Positions 1 to 11,589 of a stretch of 64,000 bases of DNA are shown here, piece by piece. Made by a program: the position numbers and the translations under genes. Under the pieces are notes generated by a model. That model was given only the letters and a program-made list of their open reading frames with translations, searched no databases and was not told the origin of the DNA. Each line of letters opens with the position of its first letter. Within the stretch, counting starts at the first letter, position 1. The DNA comes from Octopus vulgaris (taxonomy: Eukaryota): positions 112,158,001-112,222,000 of the forward strand of contig OX597816.1 of the NCBI GenBank assembly GCA_951406725.2, read 5' to 3'.

Positions 1-307
1 CGGTTTCTCTGCTGAACCACTAAGTGATGGGGAGGTAAACACACCAGCATTGGTTGTCAAGCGATGTTGGTGGACAAACACAGACACACAAACATATACA
101 TACATACCTATATATATATGTATATATATATATATATATATACATACAATGGGCTTCTTTTCAGTTTCCATCAACCAAATCCACTCACAAGGCTTTGGTT
201 GGTCTGAGGCTATAGTAGAAGACACTTGCCCAAGGTGCCACACAGTGGGACTGAACCCGGAACCATGTGGTTGGTAAGCAAGCTACTTACCACACAGTCA
301 CTCCTGC
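1..307 (-). mobile_element. tRNA-derived CORE-type SINE (octopus OR-like family), cut by window edge
   Basis: Minus strand shows head GCAGGAGTGACTGTGTGGTAAG, B-box GGGTTCAGTCCC, CORE-like CACCTTGGGCAAGTGTCTT and internal (TA)n; same family as 1883-2338 and 44738-45153. Confidence 0.85.
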
Positions 308-402
308 ACCGTTGATGAAGAAGCTTCCATCCAGTTGGTCGAAAAGTCATCAACAACAGATATAATATTACTGCAATACTGGTTCCCAGCCACTCACATG
401 GC

Positions 403-1010
403 TTTGGTAAGTCTGCTACAGGGACATTTAGCATATTTTGGCAATCTTATGGTGATGAGGCAATGGGTCATACACAATGCTTTGAGTGGCGTGAGCACTT
501 CAAAAGTGGAAGAATGTACCTAGAAGACAATGAGGGATCTGGAAGACATACCACAAAGTCACCCCTAGAAATGTGGTATCACATATCGAAAAATTTGACC
601 CCTAAGACCAGACCATAAATTGAGAGTTCTACTGCAACGTTTCAAAGCATTTGAGGAAGAACATTCAGTGAAAGTGACCAGATCTGTGGAGCATGAAGAA
701 ATGGATTCTTCACTCTTGAGGTTCTCACAAAAAACAACATGGTATCATTTCCACACCCATCCTATTCACCAGATTTAGCACCAGCTGACTTCCATCCCTT
801 CCCAAAGATGAAAATGCAGTTCAAAGGTAACTGTTTTAACACCATTGTCGAGATCCAGAGTGAATTGTAAAAGGTCCTCAACTTGCTTACAGCAAACAAC
901 TTCAAGGCTGGATTCCAAAAGTGGCAGGAATGCTGGTACTGGTGTATTGCTGCACAAGGTGACTGTTTCAAAGATGATGTTAAAACATAACTAGTCCTGG
1001 AATTTTTATA
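403..1010 (+). mobile_element. Decayed mariner transposon, internally deleted
   Basis: Translates to mariner HTH (GKSATGTF..YGDEAMGHTQCFEW..FKSGR..LED..SGR) and HPSYSPDLAPADFHPFPKMK; TIR-like end near 990-1010. Confidence 0.85.
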
Positions 1011-1022
1011 TATCACCATCAT

Positions 1023-1320
1023 TATCGTCGTTGTTTAACGTCCACTTTCCATGCTGGCATGGGTTGGATGGTTTGACTGAGGACTGGCGAGCCAGGAGGC
1101 TTCACCAGGCTCCAATCTGATCTGGCAAAGTTTCTACAGCTGGATGCCCTTCCTAATGCCAACCCCTCTGAGAGTGTAGTGGGTGCTTTTACGTACCACT
1201 GGCATGAGGGCCAGTCAGGCGGTACTGGCAACGACCACACTCAAAAGGTATTTTTTACATACCACCTGCATGGGAGCCAGTCTGGCAGCACTGACAACAA
1301 CCACACTCAAATGGCATCAC
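1023..1320 (-). mobile_element. V-domain SINE-like element with (GAT)n-type tail
   Basis: Minus strand GGTTGGCATTAGGAAGGGCATCCAGCTGTAGAAAC (V-domain-like) and tail CATGCCAGCATGGAAAGTGGACGTTAAAC; homologous to 17544-17987. Confidence 0.75.
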
Positions 1321-1329
1321 AGTAGTCAT

Positions 1330-1559
1330 AAAATCGTAAAAAATAGGGATTTTCATAGAAAAAAAGCACCTTTTTGATGTAAATAATTTTTGGTGTTAAC
1401 ATGGTCTGATTTGAATTTTTTCTTCTACAGAAGGAAGAGCAAGCCTTCTTCTATCATACTCTCAATTTTGGCCAACTTGCGTCGCAGGGTCTCGGAGGAG
1501 ATAGTGTGAGTTGAAGGCTACCAAACCTGCCATACACAGACAACTTCAGCTTTATATAT

Positions 1560-1560
<1 letters not shown>
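1330..1560 (-). mobile_element. Non-autonomous Helitron-like 5' fragment
   Basis: Minus strand begins TATATATAAAGCTGAAGTTGTCTGTGT, the same style of start as other Helitron-like ends here (28689, 29279, 35378). Confidence 0.4.
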
Positions 1561-1604
<44 letters not shown>

Positions 1605-1882
1605 TAAAGTAGTTGTATGCTGTCAACTTTATGTGACAGTCCCATGAAGGGAATAATACAACAGCTATTTAGCCCTAGGAAGCAGCACTGCTTCTTGTCA
1701 GCCTTAACACATTTCCTGTGTCCTTACGTTTAGAAATGTATTATTTCTATTTTTGAAAACATCAAAGACTTTTCTACTCTTCTTGAGCATCAAACTAATA
1801 CACGTGCTTGTTGTTCCCTCACCTGTCTTCATTTTTTATTTTCTGTAAATTTGAACCATATATATCTCTCTTTTCTTTTTTT

Positions 1883-2116
1883 CTCTTTTACTTGTTTCAG
1901 TCATTTGACTGCGGCCATGCTGGAGCATCGCCTTTAGTCGAGCAGATCGACCCCGGGACTTATTCTTTGTAAGCCCAGTACTTATTCTATCGGTCTCTTT
2001 TGCCAAACTGCTAAGTGACAGGGACATAAATACACCAGCATCGGTTGTCAAGCAATGCTAGGGGGACAAACACAGACACACAAACATATGCACACACATA
2101 CATATATATATATATA

Positions 2117-2176
<60 letters not shown>

Positions 2177-2338
2177 TACGACAGGCTTCTTTCAGTTTCC
2201 ATCTACCAAATCCACTCACAAGGCATTGGTTGGCCCGGGGCTATAGCAAAAGACACTCGCCCAAGATGCCACGCAGTGGGACTGAACCCGGAACCATGTG
2301 GTTGGTAAGCAAGCTACTTACCACACAGCCACTCCTGC
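1883..2338 (-). mobile_element. Full-length CORE-type SINE (OR-like)
   Basis: tRNA head, CORE motif, internal (TA)n and 3' tail GCTCCAGCATGGCCGCAGTCAAATGACTGAAACAAG. Confidence 0.9.
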
Positions 2339-2344
2339 ATATAT

Positions 2345-3175
2345 AATAAATAGTAATTGATAAGTTTTGAATGGCACAGAAATGCACTGTAATAACAACA
2401 ATGGACTATAATAACTGTTATAATTTAATCATCCATAGTCTGATATAATATTTCAGAATATAAAATTTCTTCTTCAGATATCCCTAGGGGTTGATCGAGT
2501 CACTGCTACAATCAATTTTCCAATTGCTTTTTCTTTTCCCCCATCCCTTTTTTTATTTTTCTTTCCCCCAAAGTGTCTCTACAGTAGTCTCATGAAGCGC
2601 CTTCCAGAAGTCCTTGTGAGAAGTGCATCAGGGCAGTCATGTCTCAGGCTCATGTGTGCTAGCACATCTATAGCGCTGCTTCTAAATTATGTATTATATG
2701 TGCAGTTTCCTTTGTTTTCCCCTTCTCCTTCCCTTTTTTTGTTCCTTTTCTCTTCCCCTTTTTTTTAATAAATAATACATGAGCATGTCATAAAAAAAAA
2801 AAAATCTTACACACATCCAGATGTAGCTAAAGAATATATTGACTGCCAAGCTCCTGTCTGTTGTTGATTTGGGGCCCTAGTCTGTCTATGAGAATCGCTT
2901 CCTTAATTCTTAAATTACCCAAATTTCTTTCATTGGCCTCAATTGTGACTGTTATTCTTTTGTCAGTATTCTGGCAGCTGTCTAGATGTCTTTTGAAGGA
3001 GAAGGCTCTCGTATTCAGATGTTCTTTGATGAGAATGTGTGCTATCCACATAGAACTTGTTGCACTTGTTACATTGTATTCTATACACGACATTTACCCA
3101 TTGGCATAAGTCTGTGTCACAGATGGGACGGTTTGCTAGTGTACATTGATTGCTGTCCCTTACCCATTTCCTTGC
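2345..3175 (-). mobile_element. Penelope-like element 3' fragment: GIY-YIG endonuclease remnant plus 3' UTR/pLTR
   Basis: ORFs 2963-3220 and 2827-3093 join by frameshift: NVVYRIQCNKCNKFYV..EHLN..KRHLDSC..LRIKEAILIDRLGPQINN; HHR motif downstream at 2442-2482. Confidence 0.8.
2442..2482 (-). ncRNA. Minimal type-I hammerhead ribozyme motif
   Basis: GATAT-CTGAAGA-AGAA(ATTTTATA)TTCT-GAAA-TA-TT-ATATC: stems I and II pair perfectly; stem III is palindromic AATATT. Confidence 0.7.
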
Positions 3176-3329
3176 AGATATATATATATATATATATACG
3201 TATGTATGTATACTAGACAATTTAGTTGCCCGGGTTCTTTTTTCCCAGAGTGCTTAAAGAGGTATCCATCTGGATTTAGATAATCCTTGTTTTCCACCAT
3301 TTCATATCTATCTGTCTATGTATCTATAG

Positions 3330-3493
3330 ATAGCTAGATAGATAGATAGATAGATTGATAGATAGATAGATAGGCAGATAGGTAGTTAGGTAGGTAGGTA
3401 GGTAGGTAGGTAGGTAGGTAGGTGGATGGATGGATGGATGGATGGGTGGGTGGGTGGGTGGGCGAATGGATGGATAGATAGATAGAAAGATAT

Positions 3494-3535
<42 letters not shown>

Positions 3536-3573
3536 GGATGGATGGATGGATGGATGGATGGATGGATGGATGG
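3330..3573. repeat. Compound tetranucleotide microsatellite (TAGA)/(TAGG)/(TGGA)/(TGGG)
   Basis: Directly visible. Confidence 0.95.
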
Positions 3574-4446
3574 ACTAGTTTATGTTTAATAAAAAATAAA
3601 TTATTTACCTATGATTTAAATTCATCTCCTTCAAAATAGTCACATTGTGTGGCAATACACTGGTACCAGTGTTCCTACCACTTTTGGAATCAAGCCTGGG
3701 AGTTCATTTTCCATAAGTAAGTCGAAGACCTTCTGCAATTCACTCTGGATCTTGACAACGGTGTAAAAACAGCGACCTTTGAGCTGCATCTTCATTTCAA
3801 GGAAGAGATGGAAGTCTGCAGGTGCTAAATCTAGTGAATAGGATGGGTATGAAAGTGATACTATATTGTTATTGGTGAGAAACTCAAGAGTGAGGAGAAC
3901 TCAGTGACAGGGTGTATTGTTGTCATAAAGAATCCAGTTCTTTGTGCTCCACAGATCTGGTCACTTTTGCCAAATGTACTTCCTCAAATACTTCTAAACA
4001 TTGTAGTAGAACTCTCAAATAATGGCCTGGTCTTGAGGGAACAGATTCTCAATACACAATACCACAGATGTAGTAACAAATGATGAGTATGCTCTTGATT
4101 GAGTTGCAGCTCTGTCATGCCTTTTAAAGCACCCATGCCACTCAAAACTTTGCATTCAACTCATTGCCTTATTGCCATACGCTTGTCGAAGTATGCTCAA
4201 TGTCTTTGTAGCAGACTTCCCAAGTTTAATGCAAAATTTCATGTTGGTTCTTTGTTCCAGCATCCTGTCCATAACAAAAATCACAGACTACAGCAGACAC
4301 ATGATCACAAAATACAAATTTTACAACTTTCAAAGTAAGCATGGCAATGTCACTCAGCACACTGCTACATGAAGGTCACTGCACATGCACCCATGTGCTG
4401 CCATCTGTTGGCATGCTACAAAACCTGTCTAGGAACTTTTTGATAC
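3573..4446 (-). mobile_element. Decayed mariner, same family as 403-1010
   Basis: Reverse-complement similarity to 560-1000 (CCAGATCTGTGGAGCA; HPSYSxDLAPADF region); TIR GTATCAAAAAGTTCCTAGAC at about 4427-4446. Confidence 0.8.
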
Positions 4447-4541
4447 AAAGACAAAGAGAGAGGTGGGCAGACAGACAAACAAGCAGGCAGGTAGGTAGGC
4501 AGGCAGGTAGGTAGGCAGACAGACAGACAGACAGACAGACT

Positions 4542-4599
<58 letters not shown>

Positions 4600-4994
4600 C
4601 AAACAGACAGAAGGCAGACAGACAGGCAAACAGACTGACAGACTGATAGACAGACATGCATACATATGGATATATGGACAGCTGGTGAGATGGGCCAACA
4701 GACAGTCAGAGAGAGAGATAGATACACACACAGACACACACACACACAATAGGCTTGTGCATAGCTTCTGTTTAACACATTCTACTCACAAAGTCTACAG
4801 ATATAAGACCCTAGTGTAAGGTACAAAGCTGTGAGATTGAAACCAGAACCTCCATTATTGCAAAGCAAACTTTTTAATCAAACAGCCATGCCTGTCCATA
4901 TAAAAATGTAAATTTCTAAAATGAAAGTTCCTAATGGAATAGATAAAAAAAATATGGATTCTAGAGGAACTAGTGATATCAGTCCTCTGGGTAC

Positions 4995-5062
4995 CTGGTT
5001 TCCCAGTTGAGTTGATGGAGAAAATAACTGAGTAAAAAGCTGTTCTATTATAGAGTCATCAT
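4995..5062 (-). CDS. Candidate coding exon of unidentified gene (DDSIIEQLFTQLFSPSTQLGNQ)
   Basis: Long polypyrimidine tract ending ...TTTTTTCATATCAG, open frame, CAG|GTACCC donor; no recognisable homology. Confidence 0.3.
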
Positions 5063-5767
5063 CTGATATGAAAAAATAATGGAGAAAGAGAAGAAGAAGG
5101 GTGAATAGAGAGGGGTATGAAGAGTGTGAAATAGAGAATAAGATACAAGGGAAAATAGTACAGAGTAACAAGTGAGAAGGAGAGAGAGACCCAATGAATA
5201 ATGCATTTATGCATACACATTTACTCCATGGCAGATATACATAACTTTGTATAGATATTGCGATATAGATATTTACACATTTACATATATATTATATACA
5301 TACAAATATATGATGAGCTGCATATGTATGGGTGTAGGCATGTTTATGTATAATAGTAAGAAAAAAAAGATAGATAACAATTATTTGATATATCAAGACA
5401 CAGATGTACATAATGTTTGATTAAATGTGAAGAAATATCATTAAATATTCCCCTGAACTAAGTGAATATTTGAATTGAGAACATGATACACATTAGGTTG
5501 CTGTCTATGATTATAATAACTACATGAAATAGTGAAAATATGTATGGAGATTAAAAACAACAAAACTATAAGCATAACAAATAAATCTTCTCTGGGTGAC
5601 ATTAGTTAAAAAAATATATATATATATATTTTCAGTTGATCAATAAAGTTTTGTATTTAAATGACAAGGACTGCTTCATTAACCAACTTCTGTTGATAGC
5701 TAATGGCAGTGAAATTTAGACCTACTGTTGTTATGTTGTTTCTTTAGACTTAAAAAAAAAACAGGAC

Positions 5768-5800
<33 letters not shown>

Positions 5801-6620
5801 TGCTACTACTACTATAGCTAGAACAACAACTACTACTTCAGCTTTAGCAACAACATCAACTAAATAGCATTGAAGAAAATTGGAAATTCTATGAAAATGC
5901 AGTTTCATTTCAGGCAAGTTAGCTTTTATCTGATATATGCCTCATGCCACAAGTAAGATCTTGCAGTTGGTTGGAATTTTTATTTCCTTGTTTTTTGGTT
6001 TTGATGTTTTGTTGTTTTCTTTTGTTTTTTTTTTTTTTGTTTTTTTGTTTTTTTTCCAGGAACAGAATAGAGAAGAATATTTTCATGTTATATATTTTTA
6101 CTAAGGGCAAAGATTAACAAAGTAAGAGTGCATTTATCATATTACTAGATTAGGATCAGTTAGTTTTAGATTTTCAAGTGTGAAAGCATTTTAAGATCTA
6201 AGATCTTCTTGCACTATGGTTACCTCAAGATTCTCGCAGGTAAATTTCAAGGCGAAATTTAATTTGATATTTAACAATAAAAACAAAATATAAAATGTGA
6301 AGTCTTATTGGACTTCGGCACAATCAGCCCTACCTCCACCACCAATACCGTCATCATCATCATTGCCATCATTATCAACATTATCATTGTTGTTGCTATC
6401 ATCATCAGCAGCAGTGCCATCCATTTTATTTATTATCTAGTTCACTATTTCTATAATTGTCATGTCATGTCATCGTGACCACTACCTCTACCATAACCAT
6501 TGCAGTTGCCATTGTTGTCACTATCACAAACCAACAAAGCCAGCCTCTATGTAGTTGTTCAACCTACAAGAAACAACAGCCAAATTTCTCTTTAATTCAT
6601 GAAAATAAATGATGATAATG

Positions 6621-6690
6621 AAGAAGAAGAAGAAGAAGAAGAAGAAGAAGAAGAAGAAGAAGAAGAAGAAGAAGAAGAAGAAGAAGAAGA
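6621..6690. repeat. (GAA)n microsatellite
   Basis: Directly visible. Confidence 0.95.
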
Positions 6691-8075
6691 AGGAAAGGAA
6701 AGGAAAATTGAGTATTGTGGTCTTGGATATGCCTAAAATGACGGGATAGCTATATATGGAATGCTTTCCACCATACAGCTGTTCAATCAGAGTCAACTTG
6801 GAGCCAAACAACAGTGACATCATCATATCATCATCACACCACCACCACCACCACCGCTAATTCCCTAATTTTCCCCCTTTTCCCATGTTCTACTTGGTTG
6901 AATGGATTTGAAAAACAAATTGCCAGCGCCGTTTTTAGTTAATTGTAAATGAAAAACTACCAAACCAAGCAGAGTGAAATTCATATCCAAGCTTTTATAA
7001 CTCCTCAAGCTTCTAACGTAATTATGTTTGGACTAGACACAAAAGACTTATATTCTATGAAAGAGTACCTGCAAGTTATAATGTTCCAACCTTATCTCCA
7101 AAACAATAAGGGCTAAGTTAATTCAACTTGGTTTCCACTATAATTGAAGAAATTAAGTAGCAGACATTATTCTGCCTGGCTTAATCATCTCAATGATAAA
7201 ATTACAATTCAAGATATCAGAGCACATATCATTATCCTTGTCGTCGTCATTGCTTTTATATCAGCCTTTCTCATACTGGCATAGGTTGCACGAGTGTTAT
7301 TGAGGTTGGATACACTTGTCACCAACATCTATTTGTTATTTTAAGTAAGTTATTTCTGTTCCACTGGTCTTTGCACACAATGAAACCATTGAGCAATGAG
7401 GCATATTATGTACAAAAGTCAGGAACACTGTCATAGCTTTCACACAGTGACAATGAAAAGAAGTGGAAATGCTCACAAATGTACACACAAACACATACTC
7501 AGTGACTCCAACATATACAAAAACACAGATACGTACATACATACACACACACAGACACACACATACATTATATATATATATATATATACATAGCGTTCAA
7601 AATAATTTTTCAATCATCTTGGCTTAACAACCCTCATCGTTTGTTTTTACTGTTATATTCTCTTTGTTCAGTCTTTTACTGTTTTTACTTTTATTGGTTT
7701 TACTGTCTTGTTTTGTTTTTACTGTCCTGTTCTCATTACCACTTTTACCCCTCCGCAAAAAATCCCAAATTTTATTTAAATTTGTTTTGCAAGAAGGACT
7801 GTTTCAATGAAGTTGCATCTTGTCCTTACCTTCGAAATGTGGAGTAGATGAAACAGTGACAACTGAAGAAGGGGAATATTCCTTGTGTTGTATGTCTTGT
7901 ACTCTGTTTTTTCGATGTTTGAAAAAAAGTTTGTTTCCATGTTTTTGTTTTTATGTTTTCGTTTCTCATTGTGTTCAATGTTTTTTTGATATCCTGTACC
8001 CATATATGCATGTATATATACATATAGATGTAGGTATGTACATATATGTATGTATATATGTATATATTTATATAT

Positions 8076-8108
<33 letters not shown>

Positions 8109-8260
8109 ATGTATGTATGATGGGCATCCATACAGTTTCCATCAGCTTACTGATCATCCTAAGGTTATAATAGAAAACTTACCAAGTTGCAAAGCTTAAG
8201 GTTAAGGAAGGAAATTAAAGCCATGTGGATGAAAAAGATTTTTCACTAAATGCTACACAC

Positions 8261-8308
<48 letters not shown>

Positions 8309-8334
8309 AAGTAATAAAGTTAATATCTGGTCAT

Positions 8335-8396
8335 AGAGTGACCAATGGTTTCACATCGATGAAGGCTAAAGCCTCGCAGACATCTCATCAGACTCT
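8335..8396 (-). ncRNA. Type-I hammerhead ribozyme motif
   Basis: AGAGT-CTGATGA-[imperfect stem II]-GAAA-CCATTGG-TC-ACTCT; GUC cleavage triplet; stem I perfect. Confidence 0.75.
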
Positions 8397-8415
8397 AGTC
8401 TGAAGTGTTCAGACT

Positions 8416-8480
8416 AGAGTCTGATGAGATGTCTGCAAGGCTATAGCCTTTTGTGGATGAAAAAAACCATTGGTCACTCT
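8416..8480 (+). ncRNA. Type-I hammerhead motif, degenerate (A-run expansion at GAAA)
   Basis: AGAGT-CTGATGA-..-G(A)7-CCATTGG-TC-ACTCT. Confidence 0.6.
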
Positions 8481-8568
8481 GTGACCAGACATTAACTTTA
8501 GTGCTTTAATATTTTACTGCTCTATACTTCAGAGTGTACTTCTTGTGCGGATATATGATACATTGACG

Positions 8569-8638
<70 letters not shown>

Positions 8639-9083
8639 GGAATAACGAATGAGCACACTAAACATGTGGTATCACTTTAGAGCATAGGATTTATAATTTA
8701 AATATAATTGTAGAATTGTTACAATGGAATTACTGGAATATATGGTTTCATATTAATAATGGAGTCATTTAGTTTAAAATTCTCTTAGACTAGGAAATGT
8801 TTAATAAAAAGAATTCTAAACTAAATGGATCCAATTGCAACTGATAAATGTCTACTACAAGCCAACTACAGAAAATATAACATCATTTATAAATGTACAT
8901 TCCTAAATAGACAGCAAAGTAGTATCAAGGTTTACATTGGAGCAACTGTTAATTTTAAGCAATAATACTCAACACATTTGAGCTCTTTTAAATGTGGAAA
9001 ATACAGTGAATCTACTTCAGTAGCTGACTACAGTAACTTGGTCTCATCATTGACTCTTCCTTGGCTTCTCCATAACAGAGCGA

Positions 9084-9356
9084 AATGATGATGATGATGA
9101 TGATGACGATGACGACGACAATGGCGATGACGACGACAATGGTGATGACAACGATGACGATGTTAACAACAACGACACAATGTTGATGACGACAATGGTG
9201 ACAACAACAATGACGACAGTGATGATGATGATGATGATGATGACGACGACGATGATGGCACTGACAACAACGATGATGGTGGTGGCAGCAGTGATGACAG
9301 CATTGGTTATGATGATAACAAAGATGACAACGATGACAATAATGATATTGATGATA
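9084..9356. repeat. Cryptic trinucleotide repeat (GAT/GAC/AAC)
   Basis: Directly visible; source of spurious poly-H/M/T ORFs. Confidence 0.9.
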
Positions 9357-10179
9357 ATTAAGCGTTCCAAATAACAACTATTTTAAATACAGCTTTTGCT
9401 CACCAAACATTAATCTGTAAATATTATGGAAAACAGGAAATAGTTACTCCCTGACTTTTTGATTTGCTTGAAATGCTGCAAAATCTACTTCAAAATAAAC
9501 ACTGCCATCCTCAAAATAGGAATTGCTTCTTGGTTTCTTCACAATGGTAAATGAATGTTTGATTTACTAGAGCATAAGAGCCGCAACTTTCTCATACTTC
9601 ATTCCACCATTGTAGACAATGAAAAATATGAAAACAAGCATTCAAATTAAAATCTACCTGTACTAAACACACCTTTGGCACATCAAATGTTATTCTTCTT
9701 AGAAAATAAGTTTCCAGTTTTCCTCAGAAGATCTAAACATCGTCATTTCTTGGCACTAACACAAGAACAACAAACAAAAGCATATTTGCATATTTGTCAA
9801 CTTACAGAACAACCCATTTGGACTAATTTTAGGGAGAGATCAAATCCGGTTTTACAGAATCATAATCATGCTATGATTTAGATCTGAACTGAAAGAGTAA
9901 CAAGTGGAGAACGATCAATGACAACATTCTGAAAATATTTTAATTCAAATATGACAGGAAAAAAATTGAAAGAATGACAAAAGGAAGGAATTGATGATAG
10001 AAAGTTGAAAAAGAATGTATGTTGTGTGTATCATTTGTATAACAGCATAATAATATGACAATAAAGGATTCTGTAGAAACCAATGAGAGAGAGTCTTTCT
10101 GAAACCAAACCATGGAAGAAATATAATAACATGCTTTATAAACTCTATGTATATTTTATATATAACTGCTTTTAATTTA

Positions 10180-10380
10180 GGCACAAGGCCAACCGTTTTG
10201 AGGGCCAGAGTCTAGTTGATGCCATTATTCCCAGTGCTTAACTTGTACTGTATTTTATTAAAATTAATTTGTGGGGATGAAAGGCAGAGTTAACCCGACT
10301 TCAGGATTTGAATTCAGAGTGTAGAGAGTTGGAACAAATTACAAAGCATTTTTTCAAAAACTAACAATTCTACCAGCTTG
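10180..10380 (-). mobile_element. Degenerate Meta-domain SINE
   Basis: Reverse-complement similarity to 59345-59741 (GCCTTTCATCC; CCTTGTGCCTA tail). Confidence 0.6.
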
Positions 10381-10780
10381 AATTTTTATAGTTTATATAT
10401 AAAAGTATAATGCTACTGAAAGCATATCTACGTCTATATCTGTCCACATATATATTTTTTTTTTTCTTTACAGTATCATAGATCTGTTTCAGCTTATCTT
10501 GCCAATCAGTTTCACACACACATTAGATAATTAGGTGATAACCTGATTCTGTGCTCATAAAAGAGGCCGATATGGAAAGATTTATGCATCCATCCTATTG
10601 ACAAATATGAGTGTCTGATGTATATATGTATGTGTGTGTGTATGTATGTATGTATGTATGTATGTATGTATGTATGTACGTGTGTATGTATGCAAGCATG
10701 CATGTATGTATGTATGCATGCATGAATGTATGTATGTATGTATGTATGTATGTATGTATGTATGTATGTATGTATGTATG

Positions 10781-10817
<37 letters not shown>

Positions 10818-10866
10818 CTATATATATACCTGTAAATATAATATGTGACAATTATTGAGTAGCCAT

Positions 10867-10927
10867 GATAAAACTCTGAGTTTTGGATGTTGGGGCAGAA
10901 ACCCACACTGCCATCTCTTCAGTTATC
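10867..10927 (-). ncRNA. Degenerate hammerhead motif in a short non-coding element between (TA)n tracts
   Basis: GATAA-CTGAAGA-GATG..CATCC-AAAA-CTCAGAG-TT-TTATC; G12 appears mutated to A. Confidence 0.6.
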
Positions 10928-11020
10928 TGGCCATCATCACATATTATATTTACAGATAAATTCTTCTATTTACATAATATCGAGGTCTCTTTCATTCTTT
11001 TGTTGTCTTACCATTTCTAT

Positions 11021-11068
<48 letters not shown>

Positions 11069-11233
11069 TGAATGATACAGTTATGAAGACTCACATACAG
11101 GATTTCAAGTTTCTGTATCAATAATACAATGATTGCTTTGCAGCTTTAGCTGTCATAAGTCTAGTGCCTGTAGCACCATCAATTACAAACATGGAGGGAA
11201 AAACCTACCTTCCTACACACACACACACACACA

Positions 11234-11520
11234 CAGTGCCAACAAAGTCTTTAGACAATTTCAAAAAGTCATTTTAGAAAACTTAGAATAGGTGGCAACT
11301 AAATTTTTGTTGCATATTAATATGTTATCATTAAAGTTTGTTTTTAATGATATTAATAGCTTTATTAATGTTATGTCTTTATGCTTCAGACATCAATTAA
11401 TGTTGTTTTTATGTTTCAGACAACAGCTACTCCACATGAAATGTACAATGTGCCTTGGTTTATCGAAACAAAGCCGGATGTTCAAACACAAAGAAATTAT
11501 ACCATCTGTCATTTCAACTT
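11234..11520 (+). mobile_element. 5' fragment of a Tc1/mariner element (DUF4817-like HTH start)
   Basis: Starts CAGTG; peptide ATPHEMYNVPWFIETKPDVQTQRNY resembles the N-termini of such transposases. Confidence 0.5.
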
Positions 11521-11589
11521 GCCCCAACTAAGTCTATCTGTACTACTTCCACTCAAGTGCAACTACTAACATCAAAAATTCATAAAGTG

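Larger units (their letters stand above)
8306..8570. mobile_element. Fold-back non-coding element with two opposed HHR motifs, embedded in (TG)n
   Basis: About 100-bp imperfect inverted arms 8306-8404 and 8408-8509 with a 3-nt loop; (TG)n on both sides. Confidence 0.75.

Noticed and set aside
2578-2636. Second hammerhead-like string on the minus strand (CTGATGC..GAGACTACTGTA)
   Set aside because: Two core mismatches and no convincing stem I or II
7785-7885. Possible hammerhead (..CCTTCGAAATGT.. and CTGAAGAAGGGG..CCTT)
   Set aside because: Core elements cannot be placed in one consistent fold; at best a badly decayed remnant
9012-9377. His/Cys-rich or Met/Thr-rich ORFs
   Set aside because: Cryptic trinucleotide repeat open in several frames
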